Positions 9,176 to 18,670 of a DNA stretch of 64,000 nt are shown piece after piece. The notes under the pieces are model-generated. The model was not told the origin of the DNA, made no database searches, and was given only the letters and a program-made list of their open reading frames with translations. A program made the translations under genes and the position numbers. Every line of letters begins with the position of its first letter. Position 1 is the first letter of the stretch. Origin of the DNA: Holophagales bacterium UBA2201 (GTDB taxonomy: Bacteria > Acidobacteriota > Thermoanaerobaculia > UBA2201); contig DCUZ01000016.1 of assembly GCA_002327305.1 (NCBI GenBank), positions 7,873-71,872 on the forward strand. Direction: 5' to 3'.

Positions 9176-9943
9176 ATGCGCTTTCTCCTGACCAACGACG
9201 ACGGCATCTATTCGGAAGGGCTGAAGGTCCTCCACGACGCCCTTCTCCCCATGGGCGAGGTGTGGGTGTTCGCCCCCGACCGGGAGCGGAGCGCCGTCTC
9301 CCACGCGCTGACGCTGGACCGCCCCCTGCGCGCGGAGGAGCTCCGTCCCCGCTGGTGCGCCGTCTCGGGGACCCCCACCGACTGCGTCAACCTGGGGGCG
9401 ATGCACTTCATGAAGGGCTTCCCCCCCGACCTGGTGGTCTCCGGCATCAACATCGGCCTCAACCTGGGGGACGACGTCACCTATTCCGGCACCGTCTCCG
9501 CCGCCTTCGAGGCCTCCATCCTCGGCCTCCCCGGCTTCGCCTTCTCGCAGGAGATGGGGCGCGGCGTGGACCTGGCGGCCTCCGCCGCCGCGTGCGTCCG
9601 CATCGTGGCCTTCTTCGCACAGCGCGGCCTGCTCCGCCCCGGCGCCATCTACAACGTCAACATCCCCGCCGGCCCCTTCGGCCGGCCCCTCTTCGCCCGG
9701 CTCGGCAAGCGGCACTACCAGGAAAGCATCGTGGAGAAGCTGGACCCCCGCGGCCGGAAATACTACTGGATCGGCGGCGAGCCCATCCCGGGCCGGCCCG
9801 ACAAGGGAACCGATTTCGAGGCCCTCCACCGCCAGCGCATCAGCATCACCCCCCTCCATCTCGACCTGACGGAATATCCCGTCCTGCAGGACCTGCGGTC
9901 CCTGCAGGGGGAGTTGGAGGCCCTCTTCGATGCCCGGGAGTGA
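9176..9943 (+). CDS. surE: 5'/3'-nucleotidase SurE
   Basis: MRFLLTNDDGIYSEGL...SGINIGLNLG hallmark motifs. It is upstream of pcm as in the classic surE-pcm pair. Confidence 0.9.
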   Translation: MRFLLTNDDGIYSEGLKVLHDALLPMGEVWVFAPDRERSAVSHALTLDRPLRAEELRPRWCAVSGTPTDCVNLGAMHFMKGFPPDLVVSGINIGLNLGDDVTYSGTVSAAFEASILGLPGFAFSQEMGRGVDLAASAAACVRIVAFFAQRGLLRPGAIYNVNIPAGPFGRPLFARLGKRHYQESIVEKLDPRGRKYYWIGGEPIPGRPDKGTDFEALHRQRISITPLHLDLTEYPVLQDLRSLQGELEALFDARE

Positions 9944-10568
9944 CGACCGCCGCCGGGCCCTCCTCGACCACCTGCGGGAAACCGTCCCGTTCCTCCCCGC
10001 GACGGTGCTGGAGGCCCTGGACAAGGTGCCCCGCGACCGTTTCGTCCCCGGGGACTTCGCGGACCACGCCTGGGAGGACCAGGCCCTCTCCATCGGCCTG
10101 GAGCAGACCATCTCCCGCCCCTCCACCGTGGCGCGGATGCTCGCCGCCATCCAGCCGACGAAGAAGGACACGGTGCTGGAGGTGGGGACGGGGACCGGCT
10201 ACCAGACGGCCCTCCTGGCGGAACTGGCCCGGTTCGTCTTCTCCATCGAGCGGCTCCACGACCTGGGAAGCGCCGCCGCCGAGCGGCTCAAGGCCCTGGG
10301 CTATTCCAATTTCTCCATCAGTATCTTCGACGGCGGGTACGGGTGGCCCCAGTTCGCCCCCTACGACTGCATCGTGGCGGCCTGCGCCTCCCCCAAGCCG
10401 CCGCGGGCGCTGTTGACGCAGTTGAAGGAGGGGGGGCGGATGGTCATGCCGGTGGGGACGGGGCGCCACCAGCACCTCCTTTTCATCACCCGGGACGAGA
10501 AGGGATTCATCTACACCCATCTGGACAAAGTCACCTTCGTCCCCTTCATCACGGACGGGGTGAAGTGA
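9930..10568 (+). CDS. pcm: protein-L-isoaspartate O-methyltransferase
   Basis: VLEVGTGTGYQTALLA SAM-binding motif and PIMT-like length. It overlaps the surE end. Confidence 0.9.
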   Translation: MPGSDDRRRALLDHLRETVPFLPATVLEALDKVPRDRFVPGDFADHAWEDQALSIGLEQTISRPSTVARMLAAIQPTKKDTVLEVGTGTGYQTALLAELARFVFSIERLHDLGSAAAERLKALGYSNFSISIFDGGYGWPQFAPYDCIVAACASPKPPRALLTQLKEGGRMVMPVGTGRHQHLLFITRDEKGFIYTHLDKVTFVPFITDGVK

Positions 10569-10588
10569 CCGCCCACCCGTCCCCCCGG

Positions 10589-10696
10589 CGGGAAGGCGGG
10601 AAGGCGGGAAGGCCGGAAGGCCCCCCATCTGCCGACTGCCAACTGGAAACTGCCCACTGCCCACTGCCATCTGCCGACTGGAAACTGCCGACTGAA
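10589..10696. repeat. short tandem repeats: (GGGAAGGC)x4 followed by ~9 copies of the heptamer CTGCCNA
   Basis: Read directly in the pcm-apt intergenic region: gggaaggcgggaaggcgggaaggccggaaggcc, then ctgccga ctgccaa ctggaaa ctgccca ctgccca ctgccat ctgccga ctggaaa ctgccga. Confidence 0.75.
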
Positions 10697-10710
10697 TTGA
10701 AGGAGACCCC

Positions 10711-11223
10711 ATGGACCTGACGACCTACATCCGCGACATCCCCGATTTTCCCAAGCCCGGGATCCTGTTCAAGGACATCACCCCCCTGCTGGGGGACCCG
10801 CCGGCCTTCGCCTGCGCCATCGAGGCGATGGCAGAGGCCGTGGCCGAACTGACGGTGACCAAACTGCTGGGCATCGAGAGCCGCGGGTTCATCTTCGGCG
10901 GGGCGCTGGCCCTTCGGACGGGGCTGGGGTTCGTCCCCGTGCGCAAACCCGGCAAACTGCCCTTTACCACCATCCGCGAGACCTACGCCCTCGAATACGG
11001 CCAGGACTCCCTGGAAATCCACCATGACGCCGTGAAACGGGGGGAGCGGGTGGCCGTGGTGGACGATCTTCTCGCCACGGGGGGGACGGCCCTGGCGGCG
11101 ATCCGGCTGGCGGAGAAACTGGGGGCCGAGGTGGCCGGGGTGGTGTGCCTTGTGGAACTCGACTTCCTGCACGGCCGGGAAAAACTGGAGGGCTACCGGG
11201 TCCGTTCGCTGATCCATTTCTGA
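10711..11223 (+). CDS. apt: adenine phosphoribosyltransferase
   Basis: PRT motif VAVVDDLLATGGT and the IPDFPKPGILFKDITPLL N-terminus. Confidence 0.9.
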   Translation: MDLTTYIRDIPDFPKPGILFKDITPLLGDPPAFACAIEAMAEAVAELTVTKLLGIESRGFIFGGALALRTGLGFVPVRKPGKLPFTTIRETYALEYGQDSLEIHHDAVKRGERVAVVDDLLATGGTALAAIRLAEKLGAEVAGVVCLVELDFLHGREKLEGYRVRSLIHF

Positions 11224-11260
11224 ACCCGGGCCCCGGGCGCTTCCTCCCCCCCTCCTCCGC

Positions 11261-12208
11261 ATGCCCGACCCGCCGGCGCGCCTCTGCTTTTTCATCCAGA
11301 ACCACCGCCCGCCCGCCCAGGCGGCGCGGCTGATCTCGGCCCTGCGGCGGGGGGCCGGCGACCCCTTCGTCCTCGTGGGACACGACCCCTTCGCCGGGGC
11401 CGGGACGGCGGAGGAGGCGGAACGGACGCTGGGCGTCCCGGTCTTCGGGTTCCCTCATCCGGCGCGGCGCGGCTACTTTTCCCTCATCCGGCCCTGGTTC
11501 GAGGCCGTCGAATGGCTGGCCGGGCGCGGCATCCCCTACGACTGGCTGGTCTACCTTTCCGCGCAGGATTATCCCACCCGCCCCGTTGCGCAACTGGCCG
11601 CCCTGCTCGGCTCCACCCGCGCCGACGGATTCCTCCGCCATTGGCCGGCCTACGGACCCGGCGGTCCCTGGAGGAAACGGCAGGGGCGGCGGCGCTACGC
11701 CCTGCAGTATTTCGACGCTCCGCCGGCGCTTGCGCCCCTCCTGTGGGCCCTGCGGTGGATCAACGGCCTCCAGCCGTTCGTCCATCTGCACCGGGTCTAC
11801 GGCCCCCGCGTGGGGGTGTGGAGGGGGGAGGGCCCCTTCACCGGGGGGCGCGTCCCGTACGGGGGGACGCAGTGGAGCGTCCTGCGCCGCGCCTGCGCGG
11901 AATTCGCCGCGGGGCGGGCCCGCTCGGGCGACCCCGTGGTCCGCTGGTTCGAACGGACGGTGTGTCCCGACGAGGCGGTGGTGCAGACACTGCTGGTCCA
12001 CGACGGGCGCTTCCGTCTCGACGACGACGACCTCCACTTCACCGCCATGGCCGGGAGCCGGACCGGACGGCCGCGCGTCCTGGGAATGAAAGACCTGCCC
12101 TCCCTTCTGACGGGCCGGCACTTCTTCGCCCGCAAGTTCGACGCGGAAACGGACTCCCGGGTCCTGGACGCCCTCGACCGGCATCTTGCCGCGGGGGGCG
12201 AAGTTTGA
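11261..12208 (+). CDS. glycosyltransferase family 14-like (Core-2/I-branching enzyme domain)
   Basis: Pattern LCFFIQNH..RLISAL, YLSAQDYP, GGTQWSVL and a C-terminal HFFARKFD resemble the Branch domain. Confidence 0.55.
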   Translation: MPDPPARLCFFIQNHRPPAQAARLISALRRGAGDPFVLVGHDPFAGAGTAEEAERTLGVPVFGFPHPARRGYFSLIRPWFEAVEWLAGRGIPYDWLVYLSAQDYPTRPVAQLAALLGSTRADGFLRHWPAYGPGGPWRKRQGRRRYALQYFDAPPALAPLLWALRWINGLQPFVHLHRVYGPRVGVWRGEGPFTGGRVPYGGTQWSVLRRACAEFAAGRARSGDPVVRWFERTVCPDEAVVQTLLVHDGRFRLDDDDLHFTAMAGSRTGRPRVLGMKDLPSLLTGRHFFARKFDAETDSRVLDALDRHLAAGGEV

Positions 12209-12222
12209 TAAGGTAGAGGGTC

Positions 12223-14052
12223 ATGCCCGCCTTCCATCGCGTCGCCCTCATGCAGGCCTACCCCACCATCCCGGTCTGGCATGAATACTACATCCCCGAC
12301 CTGGTGGAACTGTGCATGCTGGCGGCGTCCCTCCGGCCCCTCGGATGCGCGGTGGACATCCCCGTCCACCCCAACGGCCGCGACCCCCTGGGGGAGTTCG
12401 AGCGGTACCTGGACCGATGCAAGCCGGACCTGGTGGGCCTCTCCGTCTTCACCTGCGGGGTCCCCTCCGCCCTGCGGTGCGCCGAGGCCGCCAAGCGGGC
12501 CGGGGCCGTGGTCGTCGCGGGGGGCTACCACCCCTCCGCCCGGCCGGAGGAGATGCTGGCCTCGCCCTTTGTGGACTGGGTGGTTCGCGGCGAGGGGGAG
12601 ATCACTCTGGCCGAGCTGGTCCGGACGGGTTCACCGGAGGGGGTGGAGGGGGTGTCGTTCCGCCGGGACGGAAGCGTGGTCCACAATCCGCCGCGCCCCC
12701 TCATCCCCGACCTCGACGCCCTGCCGGCGCCGTGGCGCGAGCTCCGGCCCGAGCGGGCCGGCCGCCGGGGCCTCGACTACCACACCGACACCATCTACGC
12801 CTCGCGCGGCTGCCGGGGGAAGTGCGTCTTCTGCGCCAACCACCTCGTGGGCGGGGCCTGGCGGGAGCGGGACATGGAGCACATCCTGGCCGAACTGCTC
12901 TCCCTTCCGCGCCCGCGCCGCAAGCGCCCCAAGAAGATCAAGTTCTGGGACTCCTCCTTCCTCGCCGACGCCCCCCGCGTGGAACGGCTGTGCCGGGGCA
13001 TTTTGGAGCACGGGCTCCAGCGCCCATTCCGCTTCATCGCCGAGAGCCGGGCGGAGGACATCGTCCGCGCCGCGGAGATCATTCCGCTGATGAAGGAGGC
13101 GGGGTTCGTCCGGATCGGGTGCGGCATCGAGAGCCCCCACAAGAAGACCCACGCCACGCTGAAGAAGGGGCTCAACCCCGACCACCTGCTCCGCGCCGTC
13201 GCCCTCCTCCAGGCCGTCAACATCCAGTTTTCCAAGTTCTACATCCTCGGACACGAGGGGGAGAGTGAGGAGGAGATCCGGGCCTACCCGGAGGAGGCGC
13301 TGAAGGTGGGGTTCAACCGCCAGCACACCACCTTCTTCATCATGACCCCCTATCCCGGCACGGAGCTGGCGCGGCGCTACGAGGAGCGGGGCCTCATCGC
13401 CAGCCGGGACTGGTCGCTCTACAACAATCTCGTGGCGGTGGTTTCGCCGGAGGGGATCCCGCCCCGGCGTTTGCAGGTGCTCCACGCCGGCGTGGTCCTG
13501 CGGCACAAGGGCTTCCGCCGGTTCCATGACGGCACCCCGGCGGCCGCCTGCCTGGGGGGGCTGTGGGAGCCGCTGTTTTTGCTCGCGCTGGTGGAGCGCC
13601 GCCGCGACCCCCACCGCACACGGCGGGAGCTGGCGGAGGACCTGCACGACGCCCTGGTCTCCGCAAGCGGGGAGGCCTCGCGTCCCACACGCCCGGACCG
13701 CCCCACCAGGTTCAAAGACCGCTTGGCCCTGCGCTTCCACCTGAAAGGCCGGCCCAGCGTCTGGGTGGGCGGGGGGGACGACGGGACCACGGCCACCATG
13801 GGGATCCGGCCGGGCGCCCCACCCCTGCCGGGCCGGTGGGAGGTGCACATCGACCTCCAGCGCCTGGCGGACCTGGCCGACCGGACCGACCAGCGCCTCC
13901 TCTCCAGCGACGCCCTCACCCTCTTCTGGACGCCGCGGGCCTTCCGCCTCCGGTGGGCGCCGTTGTTCGTCCGTGAAGTTTCGAAGGCCCTCTTCGGTCT
14001 GGCTCAAATGGCGTGGTTTCATTGCCGTGCGGCTCTGCGGCGGCGGCCCTGA
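12223..14052 (+). CDS. B12-binding domain radical SAM protein
   Basis: N-terminal cobalamin-binding-like region and radical SAM cluster motif CRGKCVFC (CxxxCxxC). Confidence 0.75.
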   Translation: MPAFHRVALMQAYPTIPVWHEYYIPDLVELCMLAASLRPLGCAVDIPVHPNGRDPLGEFERYLDRCKPDLVGLSVFTCGVPSALRCAEAAKRAGAVVVAGGYHPSARPEEMLASPFVDWVVRGEGEITLAELVRTGSPEGVEGVSFRRDGSVVHNPPRPLIPDLDALPAPWRELRPERAGRRGLDYHTDTIYASRGCRGKCVFCANHLVGGAWRERDMEHILAELLSLPRPRRKRPKKIKFWDSSFLADAPRVERLCRGILEHGLQRPFRFIAESRAEDIVRAAEIIPLMKEAGFVRIGCGIESPHKKTHATLKKGLNPDHLLRAVALLQAVNIQFSKFYILGHEGESEEEIRAYPEEALKVGFNRQHTTFFIMTPYPGTELARRYEERGLIASRDWSLYNNLVAVVSPEGIPPRRLQVLHAGVVLRHKGFRRFHDGTPAAACLGGLWEPLFLLALVERRRDPHRTRRELAEDLHDALVSASGEASRPTRPDRPTRFKDRLALRFHLKGRPSVWVGGGDDGTTATMGIRPGAPPLPGRWEVHIDLQRLADLADRTDQRLLSSDALTLFWTPRAFRLRWAPLFVREVSKALFGLAQMAWFHCRAALRRRP

Positions 14053-14153
14053 CCCCCGCCGGTCCATTTCCCGTCTCTTCTCCCCCGACTCCCTGTTCCC
14101 GGCCCCCTCTCCGTTCCATTGACGCGGGGGGGGCGTTGTGATAGGTTTGCCCC

Positions 14154-15641
14154 GTGGCCGAGCCCCCGCCCCCCGGCGCTTCCCCGGTCCCTGACCCGGA
14201 ACCGAAGGTCCCTGAAAAGGGTCCGGTGGTCCGTGCGCCGCTGGTGGCCGGATTGATGTTCGCCCTGATGACCGCGGCGCTTCTGCACCGGGTGCTCTCC
14301 TTCGCCCCCGCCACCATCGACGAACCCTACTGGATCTCGAGCGGCCACCTGGCGTGGCAACTCGTCAAGACGGGGGCGCCGCCCCATCGGTGGGCCGAGG
14401 CGTTCGACGAGGCCGGCCTGGGTCCCTTCGGCAACCAGAACCCCCCGGTCGGGAAGGTCCTTGTCGGGATGGCGGCGGATGTGGCCGGGGAGCCCGGCGA
14501 CCCCATGCGCTACCGGTGGGTCTGGCCGCGCAGTTATGCCTACAATCTGGCGGCGGGCAACCTGCCTCCTCCCGCCCTCCTGGCGGGGGTGCGGGGAATG
14601 ATCGCCCTCCTGGGCCTGGGCTCCCTGGTCTTGGTCTATCTGATCGCGCGCGAGGCGGCCGGGCGGGCGCGGTGGGCCCCCCTGCTCGCCCCCGCCATCC
14701 TGTTCTCCGACCGCGCCTTCCAGGACAGCGCCACGCGCGTTTTCATGGACGTGCCGCTGATGTTCCTGACCCTTACGGGGATATGGCTGACCCTGCGATG
14801 GATCCGCCGGGGAGGCATGGGCGCGCTGACCGGGGCGCTGGTCTTCGTGGGGCTGGCGTGCGCCACCAAGTTCAGCGCGGGCTCCCTGGCGGCGGCGACG
14901 GCGGCCCTGGTCGGCCTGGTCCGGGCCCCCTTCCGGAAGAGGGTCCTCCATGTCCTGCTGGCGGCGGCCGTTCCCGCGGCCGTCTTCGTCGCGGTCAATC
15001 CGTTCCTGTGGCCCCAACCGGTGAAGGGGACGCTGGCCCTCCTGCGGGAATGGTCGGCGATCATGCACGGCCAAAAGGCCGATCCCGCGCTGGCCGCCGA
15101 CGCCGTGACGGACCGGTGGAAGGCGGCCCGCCTCGTTCTTCGCAACGGCTGCGTGCCGGTGCGGCACGGCCCCGACGTGGTGGGGACGCCCGCCCCGTGG
15201 CACAACGCCCTCGCGGCGGCCCTCGCCTTCGCGGGGGTCGGCGGCCTGGCCCTGGCCGCCTTCCGCCGGGGGCGCGCCCCCGTCCCGGGGAGGGGGCGGT
15301 TCGCCGCGGCGCTCGGCCTGGGGACGGCGGCGGCCCTGGCGGCGGCCGGAACGCCGAAGGGGGCGGTGCTGACGGCGGCCGTTCTGGCCGTCGGGGCGTG
15401 GCGGACGGCGCGCCGGCTCCGGACCGCGCGCAGGTTCGAGGCCCCGGAGTATCTCGGCGCCCTGTTCTTGGCGACCCTGGCGGCCACGGTGGCGTGGCTG
15501 CCTTTCGACTGGCCCCGATTCTACCTGCCCGTGTTCAGCCTCTCTGCCGCATTCGCCGCCTGGGGGGCCATGGAGATGGAAGAGAACCTGAGCCGCTGTG
15601 CTGAACCGGACGCAGGGGCCGGGGGGACGAGACAAAGGTAA
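14154..15641 (+). CDS. polytopic membrane protein, possible ArnT/PMT-like glycosyltransferase
   Basis: At least 10 hydrophobic helices after a low-complexity N-terminus. It is adjacent to GT14 and radical SAM genes. The start is uncertain. Confidence 0.4.
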   Translation: MAEPPPPGASPVPDPEPKVPEKGPVVRAPLVAGLMFALMTAALLHRVLSFAPATIDEPYWISSGHLAWQLVKTGAPPHRWAEAFDEAGLGPFGNQNPPVGKVLVGMAADVAGEPGDPMRYRWVWPRSYAYNLAAGNLPPPALLAGVRGMIALLGLGSLVLVYLIAREAAGRARWAPLLAPAILFSDRAFQDSATRVFMDVPLMFLTLTGIWLTLRWIRRGGMGALTGALVFVGLACATKFSAGSLAAATAALVGLVRAPFRKRVLHVLLAAAVPAAVFVAVNPFLWPQPVKGTLALLREWSAIMHGQKADPALAADAVTDRWKAARLVLRNGCVPVRHGPDVVGTPAPWHNALAAALAFAGVGGLALAAFRRGRAPVPGRGRFAAALGLGTAAALAAAGTPKGAVLTAAVLAVGAWRTARRLRTARRFEAPEYLGALFLATLAATVAWLPFDWPRFYLPVFSLSAAFAAWGAMEMEENLSRCAEPDAGAGGTRQR

Positions 15642-15662
15642 TCCTCCCCCACACCCTACGCA

Positions 15663-15737
15663 CTACGGTCTACGGTCTACGGTCTACGGTCTACGGTCTA
15701 CGGTCTACGGTCTACGGTCTACGGTCTACGGTCTACT
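15663..15737. repeat. heptanucleotide tandem repeat (ACGGTCT)x~10
   Basis: ctacggtctacggtctacggtct... read directly in the gap between two convergent genes. Confidence 0.85.
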
Positions 15738-15738
15738 T

Positions 15739-16212
15739 TTATTCTATGGGTTCCGCCACCGTCGTGAACGCGAGGGTCCGCGCCAGCTCCTCCAGCGTTT
15801 TCCCCGCGGCGGGGTGGACCCAATCCGGCCACACCTCGGCGGCGGGCAGGAGCGCGAAGGAGCGCTCCAGGAACCGGGGATGGGGGAGGGTGAGGCGCGG
15901 GGTGTCCATGACGGCGCCCTCGCAGGCGAGGAGGTCGAGGTCGATGCGGCGCGGCCCCCAGCGCGGCCCCGGGACGCGGCCCAGGGCCGCCTCGATCCCC
16001 TGCAGTTCATCCAGGAGAACCTCGGGCGCCAGCGATGTCCGGACGAGGCAGGCGGCGTTGATGAAGTCGGGTTGACGGGGATCGCCCCATGGCGCCGAGC
16101 GGTAGAGGCGCGACCGCGCCGGCACCGAGGTGCCGCGCAATGCCGCGATCATGCCGATGGCTTCGGAAATGCGGCCGGCGGGGTCTTCGAGATTGCCGCC
16201 CAGGCCGACCAG
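15739..16212 (-). CDS. folK: 2-amino-4-hydroxy-6-hydroxymethyldihydropteridine pyrophosphokinase (HPPK)
   Basis: VGLGGNLEDP...YRSAPWGDPRQPDFINAACLV...RWGPRRIDLDLL..TPRLTLPHPR motifs. An ATG start is absent; the likely start is an in-frame CTG/alternative codon right after the upstream TAG, so the 5' end is uncertain. Confidence 0.65.
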   Translation of the reverse strand: MVGLGGNLEDPAGRISEAIGMIAALRGTSVPARSRLYRSAPWGDPRQPDFINAACLVRTSLAPEVLLDELQGIEAALGRVPGPRWGPRRIDLDLLACEGAVMDTPRLTLPHPRFLERSFALLPAAEVWPDWVHPAAGKTLEELARTLAFTTVAEPIE

Positions 16213-16222
16213 GGAGCGGAGG

Positions 16223-16531
16223 CTACTCCTCGTATTCGTGCTCGTAATCTTCGAAACTGCCCCGCTGGTCCTCCACCAGCTCCTCGTCAAGGTTTTCGTC
16301 CACCTTCTCCTCCCCCTCGTCGTCGGCGGGCGCGGCGGCCGGCTTCTCCTCCGGGGCCTCCTCCTCTTCCTCCACGGGGCGCACGCGCTTCTTCTCCCAG
16401 GCCTCCTTCTCCTCCGACTCGTTGACGCGGTGCTTGCACTTGGGGCAGATGGGCTCCGGCTTCCCCAGATCGTAGAACTTGATCCCGCAGTCGGGGTTGG
16501 TGCAGATATGTTTTTTACCGAGATCGGCCAT
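16223..16531 (-). CDS. zinc-ribbon protein with acidic C-terminal tail (FYDLGK family, TIGR02300-like)
   Basis: MADLGKKHICTNPDCGIKFYDLGKPEPICPKCKH followed by a Glu/Asp-rich tail. The start is placed at the ATG with AAGGAG 6 nt upstream. Confidence 0.55.
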   Translation of the reverse strand: MADLGKKHICTNPDCGIKFYDLGKPEPICPKCKHRVNESEEKEAWEKKRVRPVEEEEEAPEEKPAAAPADDEGEEKVDENLDEELVEDQRGSFEDYEHEYEE

Positions 16532-16621
16532 GGGCGCTCCTTGGGGGCGGAAAATGGAGGCCAATTAAACCAGAAGGAGGAGCGCTTGTCAAGCCGAGGG
16601 ACACAAGGGTACAATGCGCCG

Positions 16622-17275
16622 ATGCGCCTTCTCCTTTTCGTCGCCCTCCTGGCCGCCTCCCCGCCGCCTCCCGACACCATGGACGACCTCTTCGTGCGGA
16701 TGCGGACCGCGCAGGAGAAGGTCCGCACGCTGGAGGCGCGCTTCGAGCAGGTGAAACGGTCGTCCCTCCTGGCGGAGGAGGCGGTTTCCAGCGGGGTGAT
16801 GGTCTATCAACAGCCGGACCTCATCCGGTGGGAGTACCTCGCCCCCGACCCCCATGTCATCCTCATCCGGGGCGACGCGTTCAGCGCCTACTACCCGCAA
16901 TTGCAGAAACTCAAGACGGCCCGCGTGGCCCGCCTGCGCCACCGCCTCTTCAACTTCATCGTGGCCACCGAACCCCTGGAGAAACTGAAGTCCCATTTCC
17001 AGGTGGAGTTGCGGGAGGGGGGGGACCGCCCCACCCGGACCCTCGTCCTCACCCCCCTGACCCGGCAGATCCAAAAAACCCTCGCCCGGGTGACGATCCA
17101 GGTGGACAAGACCTCGTTCCTCCCCCTGGAACTGCTCATCGAGGAGGCCGACGGCGACTCCACCCGCATCCGGTTCACCGCCGTCACCGTCAATCGGGAA
17201 CTCCCCGCCGAACTCTTCCGCCTTCAGGTCCCCCCGGGGACCGTGGAAGAGACGTACGCCCCCGGCGGGCGATGA
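16622..17275 (+). CDS. LolA-like outer-membrane lipoprotein carrier protein
   Basis: Signal peptide MRLLLFVALLAASPP, a LolA-sized product (~217 aa) and a conserved central region. It overlaps the tgt start (ATGA). Confidence 0.55.
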   Translation: MRLLLFVALLAASPPPPDTMDDLFVRMRTAQEKVRTLEARFEQVKRSSLLAEEAVSSGVMVYQQPDLIRWEYLAPDPHVILIRGDAFSAYYPQLQKLKTARVARLRHRLFNFIVATEPLEKLKSHFQVELREGGDRPTRTLVLTPLTRQIQKTLARVTIQVDKTSFLPLELLIEEADGDSTRIRFTAVTVNRELPAELFRLQVPPGTVEETYAPGGR

Positions 17276-18336
17276 GCGCCCCGTTCACCCTCCTGGGACA
17301 AAACGGCGCCGCCAAGGGACGCCGGGGGTGCCTCCACACCGCGCACGGGGTCATCGAGACGCCCAACTTCATGCCGGTGGGGACCTACGGCACCCTCCGG
17401 GGCGTCCCCTCGCACCTCCTGCCGGACCTCGGCGCCCAGGTGATGCTGGTCAATTTCCTCCACCTCTTCTTCTATCCCGGCCCCGAGGCCCTGGCCCGCG
17501 CCGGGGGGGTCCACCGATTTTTCTCCATCCCCGTTCCGGTGCTGGCCGATTCGGGGGGATACCAGGTCTTCTCCCTCGGCTCCCACCGAAAGGTCGGGGA
17601 GGAGGGGGTGCCCTTTCAGGACCCCCGCTCCGGCCGCAAAGAGCTGTTCACCCCGGAGAAGGTGACGCAGTTCGAGGAGTCCATGGGGATGGACATCGGG
17701 ATGGTCCTGGATGTCTGCCTCCCCCACGATGCCGGTCGCAAAGCCCACGAAAAAGCCGTCGCAGTGACCCACCGGTGGGCGGAACGGGCCCTTGCCGCCG
17801 CCTCGCGCGAACGGATGCTTGTATTCGGCATCGGGCAGGGGGGGACCTTTCCCGACCTGCGCCGCCGCTCGGCCGAGGGGCTGGCGTCCCTCCCCTTCGA
17901 CGGCTACGGCATCGGGGGACTGGGCATCGGAGAGGAGCCGGAGCGCACCTTCGAGGCGCTGGAGGCCTCCCTCGAAGGATTGCCGGAGGACAAGCCCCGA
18001 TATTTCATGGGGATGGGGTACCCTCAGGACATCGCCCGGGCCGTGGCGATGGGGGTGGACCTCTTCGACTGCGTCCTCCCCACCCGCAACGCCCGCAACG
18101 GCCAGCTCTTCACCTCGCGGGGGGTCATCAACTTCAAACGCAGTGTTTTCAAGGAAGTACATGCCCCCCCCGATCCCGCCTGCGCCTGCCCCGTCTGCCG
18201 CCACTACTCCCTGGCCTACCTTCACGCCATGTTCCGACAGAGGGAAATGAGCGCCGCGGTCCTGGCCACCGTCCACAATGTGGCCTACTACCTTGACTTT
18301 TTGGCCAAAATCAGGGAAAATACCGCCTCCATTTAA
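17272..18336 (+). CDS. tgt: queuine tRNA-ribosyltransferase
   Basis: FMPVGTYGT, ADSGGYQV and the zinc motif CACPVCRHYSLAYLHA. The long track ORF 16828-18336 has a spurious N-terminal extension. Confidence 0.9.
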   Translation: MSAPFTLLGQNGAAKGRRGCLHTAHGVIETPNFMPVGTYGTLRGVPSHLLPDLGAQVMLVNFLHLFFYPGPEALARAGGVHRFFSIPVPVLADSGGYQVFSLGSHRKVGEEGVPFQDPRSGRKELFTPEKVTQFEESMGMDIGMVLDVCLPHDAGRKAHEKAVAVTHRWAERALAAASRERMLVFGIGQGGTFPDLRRRSAEGLASLPFDGYGIGGLGIGEEPERTFEALEASLEGLPEDKPRYFMGMGYPQDIARAVAMGVDLFDCVLPTRNARNGQLFTSRGVINFKRSVFKEVHAPPDPACACPVCRHYSLAYLHAMFRQREMSAAVLATVHNVAYYLDFLAKIRENTASI

Positions 18337-18359
18337 ATCCCCAAGGAGGGAATCCGGTT

Positions 18360-18650
18360 TTGAGCCAGAATCCGAACCCTATCATCAGTCTGCTTCCGCT
18401 CGTCGTCATCTTCGGCATCTTCTATTTTATGCTCATCCGCCCCATGCAGAAGAAGCAGAAGGCCCACGCCAACTTCCTCAAGGAGTTGAAGAAGGGCGAC
18501 AAGGTGGTCACCAACGGCGGACTCTACGGCGCCATCCTGGCCGTGGAGGACGACGCGGTGGTCCTTAAACTGTCGGAGAACGTGAAAGTGCGCGTCGCCA
18601 AGTCGGCCGTCGCGGGCGCCCAGCCCGGCGAGGGCAAGACCGAGTTGTAG
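18360..18650 (+). CDS. yajC: preprotein translocase subunit YajC
   Basis: Single N-terminal TM helix plus the GDKVVTNGGLYGAI motif, between tgt and secD. TTG start as in the track. Confidence 0.8.
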   Translation: MSQNPNPIISLLPLVVIFGIFYFMLIRPMQKKQKAHANFLKELKKGDKVVTNGGLYGAILAVEDDAVVLKLSENVKVRVAKSAVAGAQPGEGKTEL

Positions 18651-18670
18651 GCGGCGCCAAGGAGACCCCC

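Noticed and set aside
7163-15635. Many long ORFs on the opposite strand or in alternate frames in GC-rich stretches (e.g. 7163-8089, 7943-8647, 8410-10416 668 aa, 9131-10171, 10964-12184, 12631-14067, 14019-15635)
   Set aside because: Their products are Arg/Pro/Gly-rich low-complexity, they overlap well-supported genes (surE, pcm, apt, radical SAM, OMP), and they are the expected stop-poor shadow frames of a ~68% GC genome.
15598-16425. ORF 15598-16425 translating the (ACGGTCT)n array as YGLRSTV repeats
   Set aside because: The product is otherwise Arg/Pro low-complexity, and it overlaps folK and the zinc-ribbon gene on the other strand. The repeat is better explained as intergenic.
16828-18336. 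503-aa ORF suggesting a much longer Tgt
   Set aside because: Tgt homology starts at MSAPFTLL (17272), whose ATG overlaps the LolA-like gene stop. The upstream 150 codons are a Pro/Arg-rich read-through of the LolA region in another frame.
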